Source: Chrysochromulina tobinii (Eukaryota). From it: a stretch of DNA of 44,280 bases. Within the stretch, counting starts at the first letter, position 1; each line of letters opens with the position of its first letter. The position numbers and the translations under genes were made by a program. Shown one piece after another: positions 21,483 to 32,105 of this stretch. Location of the stretch: positions 1-44,280 of the forward strand of contig JWZX01003033.1 of the NCBI GenBank assembly GCA_001275005.1. Reading direction: 5' to 3'. The notes below the pieces were generated by a model. The model ran no database searches and was not told the DNA's origin. It saw only the letters and a list, made by a program, of their open reading frames with translations.

Positions 21483-23034
21483 ATGTCCGCGTCGGACGAG
21501 ATCGATAGGCACGTGACGCGCAAGTACGACATCGTACAGAAGCTGGGCAAGGGCGCGTATGGCATCGTGTGGCGGGCCACCGATAGGAGGACAAAGGACG
21601 TCGTCGCGTTGAAGAAAATCTTCGACGCCTTCCAGAATGCCACTGACGCGCAGCGCACCTTCCGCGAGGTCATGTTCCTGCAGGAGATGAAGGGCCATGA
21701 GCACATCGTCTCGCTGCTCAACGTGCTCAAGGCGGACAACGATCGTGACATCTACCTGGTGTTTGAGCACATGGAAACTGATCTGGTGAGAGCCCGCGCC
21801 ACGGCCAGGCCAGCTCAGGGAACGCTGGCACGGAGACGAAGGCAGCGCACGCGTCGTGGACGACGCTGTGCGCGCATTGCGCGCACCGACAAGCCACGGC
21901 TTGCGTCTCTGGGATGATGCATCGGGAAGCCGCACCACCTAGACGCCCGCTCAGACGGTGGTGGTGGAGGCAGCGCCTTGGGCCGCAGACTCCGTGGCGA
22001 GCGCGGCGACGCCTCGGCACAGAGGCGGCCCGCGGCCAGCGGCACACCCTTGCTCCATGCCCACGGGTGGCAGCGTCACACGCGCGGTGCCCCGCGCGCC
22101 TCGCTCAGCGCGCGCGCGCTCGGGCTTGCATGTCACCCTCCACAGTCCTCGACGGACCCACAGCTCTTTGACGTCTCGTGCTCTCGTCTCGCGCACGCAG
22201 CACGCGGCGATCCGCGCCAACATCCTGCAAGACGTGCACAAGCAGTACATTATGTGGCAGGCGCTCAAGGCGCTCAAGTTCATGCACTCGGCCAATCTGC
22301 TGCACCGCGACATGAAGCCGTCCAACCTGCTGCTCAACTCGGACTGCCTGATGAAGGTGGCCGACTTCGGGCTCGCGCGCTCGATGCATGAGCCCAAAGA
22401 GGACGCGGAGGAGCAGCGTTACTTCACCGACTATATTGCGACGCGATGGTATCGCGCGCCCGAGATCCTGCTCGGCTCGAACAACTACAGCGAGGCTGTC
22501 GACATGTGGGGAGTGGGTTGCATCCTGGGCGAGATCGTCTGCGGCAAGCCCGTGTTTGCCGGCTCGTCCACTATCCAGCAGCTCGAGCTCGTGTGCGACC
22601 TGATCGGCTTGCCCGACTGGGACCGCGAGCAGATGGAGCGCTGCTCACCGTACACCAACCAGATGCTGCAGAACCTGAACGTGAGCAACCCTCGAGGCGT
22701 GAGCCACTCAGAATGGTGCAATCGGTTCCCAGGTGCGAGCGATAAGGCCCTCGACCTGCTCAAGAAGCTTCTCAAGTTCGACCCGGCCGAGCGCATCAAC
22801 GCTCACGACGCGCTCAAGCACCCATACCTGGAGCAGTTCCACGACGAGCACGTCGAGCGCGAGGCCCCTGTCAAGGTCAAGGTCTCCATCCCGGACAATG
22901 AGAAGCGCTCAACCAACCACTACCGCGAGCGCCTATACAAGGAGGTGGCCGAATTCCGCAAGCTCGAGAAGGCTGAGAGCGAGCACGGCGGCGGCGGCGG
23001 CCGTGGGCGCAAGAATGCGAGCCCGATCATGTAG
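21483..23034 (+). CDS. MAPK15: MAP kinase, ERK7/MAPK15-like (TDY activation motif); 2 exons (21483-21785, 22201-23034)
   Basis: [71 protein letters not shown]...GCAG intron, phase 0. Confidence 0.92.
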
Positions 23035-24562
23035 AGGTCCGTCCCGGGCACTGCGCTGCATGCGTGCCCCTTGTGCCGAGTCCGTCTCCATCGTCCCGCT
23101 GCCCCCGGGGAACGTGTAGGGGCGAGAGCGGCGGTGGGCAAGTTGCTCCCCGATGGCCGCGGCCCAGCATGCGGTGCGTGCTGCTGAATAGGTTTACGCG
23201 ATTGCGCGAGCGAGAAGGCTCAGAGATCTTCTGGCATGTGCATGCTCATTCGAAGGGACCAACTTAAGTTGAGGTTTGCGTGTGGGCCGTGTCGGTGGTG
23301 GCTGCGTCGTGCGTGGTGGTGTCTGTTTCTGTGGACAGGCGGTGCCGCTGCTGCTGCGCTGCCGCGTGCCGGCTTCATCCCCCTGGACCAGGCCTTCGTG
23401 TTTCATTGTGTCTCAAGTGTGTGTTTGTGGAACTGGACGGACCGATCTGTCCGTCCCGGAGACGAGCATACGAGATACGTGTGGCCGTACTCAACAGTCA
23501 ACTCGAACTCCGGTCGCGCGGATCCGGATGCAAGAACATGCATCGCCGGATCCGGCAAACGTGCCGTATCGCATACGTCTCGCACGGTGCGGGTACGGTG
23601 CGGGGCGCGGGGCTGTCAGCTGACGGCTGAGGTACCCGGCTCGGCGGCGCCACGGTCGCCCGGCGGGTCGCTGACTCGCCGTCCGTCGGTCGGCCCAGGA
23701 ACCGAACGTACCGCGTGTAGGCGCGTACCGCGGGATCGAAGGCCGGTAACGATTAAGGCGATTATGCATTATCAATATCATAACGAGGCCCGGAAGCGAA
23801 CGACCGAGTCGCCGCGGAGACCGTGCAGCACCGCTACCGATCAGTAACGCGACGACAGCTGTACGGTCCACAGACCAATTCCACGAAATACGCGGGTCCC
23901 CTCCCGGTCCGGTCGCTCCCCGTCGGCTCCGCTCGGAAACGTAAGAAGCGCGGCAAACGGGGGAATCCCGCCGTGCGCGCGCGCCGGCGGCGGCGGGTCC
24001 CTCCGGGTCAAGCAGGTATCCCGCGCCGCCCTGTGCACGGCACGCGGCACGGCATCGGCGCACTCGCTCACCGCACATTCATTCCTCAGCGATCAGCCGC
24101 CTCTGGTGCGCACTCGACCGACCAGTCCGCCGTGGTCGTAAGTGGCCCCGCACGCCAGACTCTCATGCGATGGATTCCCCTCTGTGCGAGCACCGCCAGG
24201 GCCAGCTCACCCCCACGGTAGAGCGGGCGACGGGCACGGCGTCGCTTCGTTGGCATGCACACATGGCCGGACATGCACAGACCCACATGGCGGCGCCTGT
24301 ACGTGCCCCCCTTTCATACGCACGAGTGTGAACGCCCGACTCGACGCCCGGCCCATGGGCGGAGGAACGTGCGCCGTCCTGTGCGCCGTCCGTGGAGCGT
24401 TCGTACAGGCCGATTCAGCCCCCCGATCCAAATGCGCAGGGGCCACATGCCAACTGGCCACATGCCCACGGGCCGCATGCCCCCACATGCCCAAGGGTCA
24501 TATGGGGCATTGAGGCGAGCGCCGTTCCGAGCAGCGCCGTTCCGGTGAGCGCCGTACCGAGC

Positions 24563-26510
24563 TCAGCTCACGCGCTGCACCTTGAGTGGGATCTCGAGCT
24601 GGTCGAGGAGATGCGTCTCGTTCGCGTCGCCGCCGCGGTCGATGGAGCGCGTGCGGGCGAGCGTCGCAAGGTAGTCGACGGACACGGCTGACTCCGTCAC
24701 GTAGGAACCGTTGAAGCACGAGGACTCGAGGGACGAGAATTGGACACCCGCTTCCTGCGGAGGGGGCGGCACACGAGAGCGAGAGGGGGGGGGAGGGTAA
24801 GCCATGTAACCGGGCGAGGTCGGCACGAGATCGGCACGAGATCGGCACGCCACACGACGCACGCCCAACACGACGCACGCCCAACGCTCGCGCGCGCGCA
24901 CACCTTGGCCTCCTCTTGGATGGCCTGCTCGAGATCGTGCAGATTTTGGTAAACGACGCGATCGGCACCCACAATCGTGGCGACCACCCTCTCGAGCCCC
25001 TCGAGACCGTCCACCGAGGCTTGGTGCGCGACCAGCTCCTCCTTGGTGGGCATGTCGATCCCATAGACGTTGGGATAGCGCACCTACGCCGAGGGAGAGT
25101 GTCGACATGACGAGGGAGATGAGAGGGAGATAGGGGAAGGGGGAAGGAAAAGGCCACGAGGGGCGATCCGCTTGGGAGATGGCAGGAGGATGGCAGGGGG
25201 ATGGCAGGGAGGAGGGGGGGAATGACAGGGGGATAGGGGGGTGAGAGGGGCGAGCCGCTTACCGGTGGCGCGGCCGAGGCGATGTACACTCGTTTGGCGC
25301 CCGCCTCGCGGGCCATGAGCACAATCTCGCCGCAGGTGGTGCCGCGCACGATCGAGTCGTCCACGAGGAGCACGTTGCGCCCGAGGAACTCAGACGCAAT
25401 CGGCGAGAGCTTCTGACGGACCGACTTTTTGCGCAGCCCTTGCTGCGGCATGATGAACGTCCGTCCGATGTACCGGTTTTTGAGGAAGCCCTCGCGGTAC
25501 TTGATGCCAAGGACGCCGGCGCACTCGAGGGCGGCAGTGCGCGACGTGTCGGGCACCGGGATCACCACGTCGATATCGTGGTCCTTCCACGTGGCTAAGA
25601 TGCGATTCGCCAGTTTCGCTCCCATCCGCAAGCGTGCACGGTAGACCGAGACGCCGTCGAGAACGGAATCGGGGCGCGCGAAGTACACGTACTCGAAGAC
25701 GCAGGGGGCCATGATCGGCTTGACCTTGCCGGCTGGGATGCAGTCGTGCAGCTGCGGCTCCGCCTTCCGCGTCATTATTAGCGCGTGCCCCGGTGGCACG
25801 TCACCGATGAGCGCAAAGCCCAGCGATGAGAGCGCTCCAGACTCCGAGGCCGCCATGTACTCGACCGCCCCCGACTCATTCTTGCGCCGCCCGTACACGA
25901 GCGGGCGGATGCCGTGCGGGTCGCGGAAGGCCACGAGGCCCCAGCCGACGATCAGAGTCACAACGGCGTACCCGCCTATGCAGCGGCGCATCACGTTGCG
26001 CACCGCCTCGAGCACGTCTGCATCGTTGCAGCCCGGCAGCGCGCCGGCCACTTTTGGCGAGGAAGACCGCAAGCTCACGCTGTCACGAACCGCGGCGGCG
26101 AAGATGTTGAGAAGAACCTCGGAGTCGGAGCCGGTGTTGAGATGCCGCCACTCCGAGACCATCTCGGCCTTGAGCTCTGTGCAGTTCACCAGGTTGCCGT
26201 TGTGCGCGAGCACGATGCCAAAGGGCGAGTTGACGTAAAAAGGCTGGGCCTCGGCGGAGCATGAGCTGCCTGCAGTCGGGTAGCGCACGTGGCCGATGCC
26301 AACGCTGCCTGTGAGCTTGGCAACGTGCTCGCTGCTGCCAAAGACATCACGCACCATGCCATTGTCCTTACGGAGCGCCAGGCGGCCACGGTCTTCAGTG
26401 ACGATGCCAGCGGCATCCTGCCCCCGGTGCTGAAGGGCGAGCAGCCCTTCGTAGAGGTATGGCACCGCGAGAGTCCCTTCCTCGCACAAGACGGCAACTA
26501 TGCCACACAT
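24563..26510 (-). CDS. purF: Amidophosphoribosyltransferase; 3 exons (26510-25263, 25083-24904, 24754-24563), 539 aa
   Basis: N-terminal MCGI, QHRGQDAAG, GHVRYPTAG, HNGNL, CVFEYVYFARPDS, VLLVDDSIVRGTT, SAAPP|VRYPNVYGIDMP, CFNGSY. Both GT-AG introns restore the frame. Confidence 0.95.
24815..24885. repeat. Intronic tandem repeats (CGAGATCGGCA x3; ACACGACGCACGCCCA x2)
   Basis: Seen directly in purF intron 2. Confidence 0.8.
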
Positions 26511-26707
26511 GATGATGATTGAGGGGCAGCGGCGACGAAGCTCGGTCCGCAGAGCTTTCTTCCACCCGTCGTGTTACAGGGACGGAAATCAGAGTCGGGC
26601 GAACAGAGTCGGGGGCGATGGGTACGATAAGGGGCCTACTGTTTGTCTTTACTTCACGAGCTTGAGAACACGCGAATTACCGTAGCCTCAGTTGTAGCCT
26701 CGCGTAA

Positions 26708-27460
26708 ATGTGGGGGAACAGTGGACGCTGCGCGGCGTCTACGCTCGTGTCACCGCGGAACGGTGCCACTGCGGATATAGCCGGCACAGCCGCGGAGTCC
26801 TTCGGCGACGTGCTTGCGAAAATGGACGGCTCCAGGCACTCCAGTGCCTCAGATGAGGACGAGCCGCCATGGGCCCGAAAAAAGGGTGAGAAGAAACAGC
26901 CCCCAGTTGCACGAAATGTGTCAGCAATCGCCGATGGACGCACTCACAATCTACCAGCCGCAACTTTCTCACCTCAGGTCGCTCATGGACGCGCTCACAA
27001 TCTACCAGCCGCAACTTCCTCACCCCAGGCCGCTCCAATGGCTGACGGCCAGAAGCCCAGAGTCTTGGAAAGAGCCAGAGATAGTCTACCAGCTCCGAGT
27101 GCCCTTCTATCGCCGCGCCCCTTCCATGATATCAAGGAAATCCCTACAAGTCCTGCAAGGGTTCCATCACTCCCTGGAAGTCCGTCTCTAGGCGGGCCTC
27201 TGGAGGCAACGGTCCTCAAGCTGCCATCACAAAATTTTGGCCTTGCGGTCTTCGACACTGGCGTGATAGCCAATGTCGCGCCGAACGGTCTGGTCGCAAA
27301 TGCTGGGCTCCAGGTGGGCGACAAGCTATTGTCGGTCAACGATTCCGAAATCAAGTCCGCAAAGCTTCTCAACGAGTTGCTGGGCAAGGTGCCCGATGGT
27401 GCGAGCGTACGCTTCACATGGGAGCTCCGGGAACACTCAGGTCGAAGGATAGCCAAATAA
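26708..27460 (+). CDS. Protein with a disordered N-terminus and a C-terminal PDZ domain
   Basis: FGLAVFDTGVIANVAPNGLVANAGLQVGDKLLSVND is PDZ-like. Contains an internal 51-bp (17-aa) duplication at 26929-27030. Start uncertain. Confidence 0.65.
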   Translation: MWGNSGRCAASTLVSPRNGATADIAGTAAESFGDVLAKMDGSRHSSASDEDEPPWARKKGEKKQPPVARNVSAIADGRTHNLPAATFSPQVAHGRAHNLPAATSSPQAAPMADGQKPRVLERARDSLPAPSALLSPRPFHDIKEIPTSPARVPSLPGSPSLGGPLEATVLKLPSQNFGLAVFDTGVIANVAPNGLVANAGLQVGDKLLSVNDSEIKSAKLLNELLGKVPDGASVRFTWELREHSGRRIAK

Positions 27461-27734
27461 TTTGGCTGCATGGCGAGAATCTTGCATATGTTTGATGGTG
27501 CTAACGTGCTATTCTCATGTGGTGTTTGTTTCTCACTGCGGTGTCAGTACGACGGAGGCCTGGGCGCTAGGTGCGTACCTAATTACGTTCGGTTAGGCGG
27601 GCCCCGTCGGGTCCGCGTCCCGCTGAGGCGTGATCGAAGAGGGCCTCTGTCGGAAAATAGCTGGTTATTATAGGACACATCGTGGTCACTGCCACGAGGC
27701 GGCAGCCTTCGCTCCTCGTGAGTGTGCACTGTCT

Positions 27735-27780
27735 GGTGTGTGGTGAGGAGCGCGGGGGGACCGCGACGAAACTGACTGAC
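27735..27780 (+). repeat. Dispersed short repeat family A, copy 2
   Basis: GGTGTGTGGTGAGGAGCGCGGGGGGACCGCGACGAAACTGACTGAC; inverted match to 13545-13594. Confidence 0.75.
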
Positions 27781-27929
27781 AACCTGAAGGGGTTGGCTCC
27801 ACCTAACCGGGAGTGTGTCCTGGCTCCCCACGGTGATTTTGAACCTATACCTCTCGGCTCCCCCCGGTACCGGTATTTGAACCGGAACTCCCCAGACCTC
27901 CACCCCTAGGTTTGCAATTTCGGTCATGC

Positions 27930-29475
27930 ATGATGGTCTCCTCTCCGGTTGACGCAGAAGCTGTAGATGACCATGGCTTCTTGGACGATGCAGCAGATGG
28001 TGGCGATCATGGTTTCTTGGTGGCCCTCGGAGCAGCAGCAGCTGGCGACGGCGTTGACGAGGCCATGCTGCAAGATGCAATTGCCATCGACTGCGAGATG
28101 GTCAAGACAGAGTCGCAAAACTCGGCGCTCGCACGCGTCTGCGCCGTCTCGTGGGACGAGGAGGTGCTCATGGATGAGTATGTTGCGCCGGGTGCACCAG
28201 TGTCCGACTACCTCACCGTGAGACACAAGACTCACACTCATCGCACTGGCTTCCTCTGCTCTGGAAGTGCCTCCTCGCCACGCTTCACACGCACGTTGAC
28301 TTGCCTCGCCACCTCGACTCACACGCTCGCAACCGCAGCGCTACTCCGGCATTCGCGAGCACGACCTCGTGGGTGCGCCGCCGTTTGCCGAAGTGCAGGC
28401 GCGCGTGGCGGCGATGCTGCGTGGGCGTGTGCTCATCGGCCACGGCGTGCACAACGATCTCAGGGCGCTGCAGCTGAACCATCCGTCAGAGCGGACAATC
28501 GACACAGCCGCCCTCGACTGGGGACCTGGCCGTGCGCTGAACCTCAAGGCCCTCTCACTTGACGTGCTCGGGAAGGCGATTCAGCGCGGCGGTCACAGCC
28601 CGCACGAGGACGCTCTGGCGAGCATGCAGCTGTTCAAGGCGCATCGACTCGCGTCGGGAGACTTGGCGGGACTCTTGCCCTCGCGACCGGTGAGCTGTCG
28701 CCTCTGCTCGATTGAGGCGCCGGCGCCGCCCGGTTGCGTCGTTGAGGCTGCGGACGACGAGACCTCCGCACTTGTCGCCACGCTCGGTGGTGGCAGCGGC
28801 AGCAGTGGCAGCAGCGGCGGCGCGCACGACGACGCGCCCGATGGCGCGCGCGACTGGGTGCTCACGCTCGGGTGGTCGGGTTCGGCGGTGCGCGAGCTGC
28901 TCAGGTGGTACGCCGACTCGGCCCATGCCGACCTCGCGGGCACTGCAAGGGCACCACTGCGGTTCACACCGTCCCTCGCCAAGGAGCACCGTGAACAACT
29001 CCACAAGGAAGCGAAGCGTGTGAACCTCAATACCTTCAGCCAGGGCGTCGGAGCCGCGCGCGCCATTCGTGTGCTGCCCCGCGGCATGGCGCCGCCGCAG
29101 CCGACAGCGGCCACGAGACGGCTCTCTGCACTCGTCTACCGGCTGGCACGGCACGCGGCGCAGCAGAACCTGGAGGGCGAGGCTGCCCCTTTGCCCTACT
29201 CGCTCGGAGAGGTGACGGAGATGGTCGAGTGTGAGGGCAGCGAGCAGCTGCCGCGCGACCTCGAGCGGCTCGTCGCCGCGGCGCGCAGTGCTCTTGGCAC
29301 GCTACCAAAGCCCAACGAAGGCGAGGCTCTGGCACGCCAGATACTGCAGCAGTATGAACGCTGCCTCGTCCTCCAGGGGCGCCTCGACGGGGGGCGCAAC
29401 GTTGGCGCCGGCGGAAGCGCGGCGGCTTTCAAAGGTGGGAGGAAAGACTGGAGGAATAAGACGAGGAGGAAGTGA
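27930..29475 (+). CDS. REXO4/ISG20-like DEDDh exonuclease with an R3H-like domain; 2 exons (27930-28217, 28339-29475)
   Basis: AIDCEMV, ALARV, DYLT|RYSGI, LIGHGVHNDL, IDTA, LKAL..VLGKAIQ.GGHSPHEDA. Downstream LRFTPSLAKEHREQLHKEAKRVNLNTFSQGVGAAR fits R3H. GTGAG...GCAG intron. Confidence 0.85.
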
Positions 29476-29906
29476 GCTGTTCTGACCGAACGTTCTACAA
29501 AACCCGTACGCCGTGCAGGCTGCAACGAGACCGAGACCAGAGCTCTATTTGCGTTGTACACCGACGATAGAGACCGGACAACAGTTACCGTACAGATACG
29601 CATTAGCTTCGGACTACTCGAGAGAGAAATTTGTAACTGAACAAGCTACCGACCAATAGTACTAGCTACAACATACCCGGTTATGATCCATGTATCCTCG
29701 TGTGTTCTTTAAAAAAGAGACTCGCTCGCGTTCCTCGAGGAGCGGCCTCCCAGCCGCGCGGCCGCGTTTCGAACTGATCGAAGTTGAAGAGCGCGACGTG
29801 TGACAGCCGTACGTGTGGAGAGGGTGTGTTGCTTCGGGGAAGCTAAATGAGGGGGAGTGGGTGATCTTGTGCGACCGCTGCGACGCAGATCGGGCGGGGT
29901 TTTGTC

Positions 29907-31682
29907 TCATCGAGCAGACAAACCAGCCCGCTGCCGGCACGCGAGCGCATCCTCCAGCAGATCTGGGGGCGGTGCCTTCCCCGGCCCTGCTACCACCGCC
30001 TTGTGCACGTACACGCCTTGTGCTCCCGATTTAGCTCCCGATCGCCCCTGTTGGAGTGCGCTCATACATGCGGCAAGCGCCTCGGCGGCTTGGCTAGCGG
30101 TGCGGTTGCTGTTCCCGTTGACTGCACGGTCGCGCAGGGCGGGGGTCAGGCAGCGCCCAAGCACCGCCTCAAGGAAGCGCGAACCTAAACGGCTCTGAGG
30201 CAAATCATAGAGCAAGTCGGCCCGTGCGCGTGAGAGCGCGCGCTGCCGCCGCCCCATCTCAGTCGCGTTCGCCGTGAGCGCCCTTAAGGTGCGCAGCAGC
30301 GAGGCCGGTCGGGCGAGGAATGCCTTCACAGGGACCTTGAGCCAGAAGGCGGAGTAGTCGACGGCGCCAGGGAAGGCGCCCTGTAGCTGGTCGCACAGTA
30401 CGACAGGTAGGCAGCCGGCGGCGACGGCCGAGTACAGGCGCGAAGTGACGCAGGTGTCGCCGGCCGGGCAGAGGCACCAGGCAGAGGAGGCCATCTCGTA
30501 TGCGGTTAGCTCGACGAGCCCGTTGTCCACGTATCGGCCGGGGCTGACGTGCATGCTGCTGGGAGGAGTGGTGCTGCTGGCGGATCCTGGCCTCGCCCTC
30601 GGGCCCGTGGGCGTCAACGTGGGCGTGGGCGTCTCAGCCGAGAGAGCTGAAGAGGAGGAGGAGAGCGATCGGTTGGCAAGGCGTGCAAGGGCACGCCGCG
30701 TGCAGCTTCCGCCCCCAGTCGGCCGTATCAGAATCTCGCCCGTGGCAATCGCCTCCCCGACCTCGCGCTCCTCGAGCATCTCGCCGATCGCACAGCGGAT
30801 CTGGCGGCCCGTGCAGCACACGTCCAGGCTGCCCGCAAAGAAGAGCAGCCGCCGCTTCGTGCGCCCGTCAAGCTTTTGCTGGCTCCTCGTTGCCGATGCA
30901 GTGCCTGCCGCGAGGCCCATCCTCTTTGAGCCCAAGTCCGCCGCCGAAGGCGCGGGGCCAACTTGTTGCGCGTACACCGCTTTCGCCTGCAGCTCCAGTG
31001 CAACGCGCGTCACGTGCAGCGAAGCCTGGTACGGGATCTCGATGACGCATTCACCGACACGCGAAGGGCGAGCAAAAGGACCTGCTTTATACCGACCAAC
31101 GGTCGAGCAGCCCAGCATCTTGGAGAGCGGAGCCATTCGCCGCTCGAGTGTGTATGAGTGCGCGCTGAAGGCGGTCGATGCCCAAAAGTGATCCCGGCCG
31201 CCATGGGCATGCCAATGCGGCGAGGCGAGCAACGCGTCCCGGGCGGCACTCATCCGGGCAGTGTGGCTCTCGGCAAGCCCACGCGGCAACCGCTGTAGAT
31301 GCGCGTGCGAGGAGCCTCCGCTGCTGCAGTTCTTGAGCTTATTGCTCGTGTACTCGAAGATGGGCACGTAGAAGAGCCCGGCCTCAGAGGCATTCCACGT
31401 GCGCGCTGGGTGGTGCGTGAGCACCCTGTGCAGGCCGACTTCGGCCGTGTTCTCAGCCTGGCTCGCCGAGCGCAGCTCACGAAAGCGAGGGCAGTGCCGC
31501 AGCCAATGGTGATTTAGGGTGGTGTGCTCGTACATGAAGAATCTAACGTCACGGCACGCAAACGGCAGCTGCGGCTCAGGGTGCGGCAACGACTCGCCAC
31601 GATAATCGACCATGACCTTCTGCACGCGCAAGGCACGACGACACAAATTTACGTCACTACATCTCGACCCAGTTGCATGCAC
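29907..31682 (-). CDS. Exostosin / glycosyltransferase family 47 protein (5' end uncertain)
   Basis: RTWNASEAGLFYVP, GGRDHFW, LLFFAG, EMASSAWCLCPAGDTCVTSRLYSAVAAGCLPVVL, FPGAVDY. Confidence 0.85.
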   Translation of the reverse strand: MHATGSRCSDVNLCRRALRVQKVMVDYRGESLPHPEPQLPFACRDVRFFMYEHTTLNHHWLRHCPRFRELRSASQAENTAEVGLHRVLTHHPARTWNASEAGLFYVPIFEYTSNKLKNCSSGGSSHAHLQRLPRGLAESHTARMSAARDALLASPHWHAHGGRDHFWASTAFSAHSYTLERRMAPLSKMLGCSTVGRYKAGPFARPSRVGECVIEIPYQASLHVTRVALELQAKAVYAQQVGPAPSAADLGSKRMGLAAGTASATRSQQKLDGRTKRRLLFFAGSLDVCCTGRQIRCAIGEMLEEREVGEAIATGEILIRPTGGGSCTRRALARLANRSLSSSSSALSAETPTPTLTPTGPRARPGSASSTTPPSSMHVSPGRYVDNGLVELTAYEMASSAWCLCPAGDTCVTSRLYSAVAAGCLPVVLCDQLQGAFPGAVDYSAFWLKVPVKAFLARPASLLRTLRALTANATEMGRRQRALSRARADLLYDLPQSRLGSRFLEAVLGRCLTPALRDRAVNGNSNRTASQAAEALAACMSALQQGRSGAKSGAQGVYVHKAVVAGPGKAPPPDLLEDALACRQRAGLSAR

Positions 31683-31929
31683 CAGGTCCTAAGATCCTGA
31701 ACACGCACACTGATCGCACTCTAGGTACCCGGGGAGACAAAATATCTTACACGCTCGGTTGAGCGCGTCGCCTACCGGTACATTACCGGTAGGCGCTCTG
31801 GGAGCGGGTGGAGGCAGGGTCGGGTTCGCTGGGGGCGGCCTCTTCTGAGTCGGCCGCGGGGAGCGGTCGGCTCCGGGCCTGCGGCTGTTGAGTCGGCCGC
31901 GGCTTCGGTCGTCGCGCTGACGTGCGAGG

Positions 31930-32046
31930 TGTGTGTTGTTGGTGGGTTTCGATGGTTGTGAGGTTCGTCTGTGTGGTCTGTGTGCCTATGTGCGTCCGCG
32001 TGTTCCGTGTGTCTCGTGAGCGTCCCGGCTCCCCCCGGTGTCTTTT
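31930..32046 (-). repeat. Dispersed short repeat family B, copy 2
   Basis: Reverse complement AAAAGACACCGGGGGGAGCC...ACACGCGGACGCACA...CAGACGAACCTCACAAC...AAACCCACCAACAACAC matches 21323-21430. Confidence 0.8.
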
Positions 32047-32105
32047 TACCGGTAACTTGCGCATGGGACGCTCGGTTTCTTCCGGACTCCCATTTGGCGA
32101 CATCA

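Noticed and set aside
24440..24562. Short 15-bp tandem repeats downstream of purF as a possible CRISPR-like array
   Set aside because: There are no unique spacers and no cas genes, and the context is eukaryotic; these are simple minisatellites.
27740..27780. Possible hammerhead ribozyme in repeat A (hairpin followed by CGAAAC)
   Set aside because: The CUGANGA core is absent upstream of the stem.
29813..29910. PHD-finger-like VILCDRCD...FCL on the + strand
   Set aside because: It lacks the His and the other Cys pairs and is a short ORF overlapping the GT47 3' end, so it is likely chance or an unresolvable relic.
31971..32105. N-terminal extension of the 789-aa ORF (possible signal peptide)
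   Set aside because: It starts at a non-ATG codon inside repeat B. The first ATG is at 32106.
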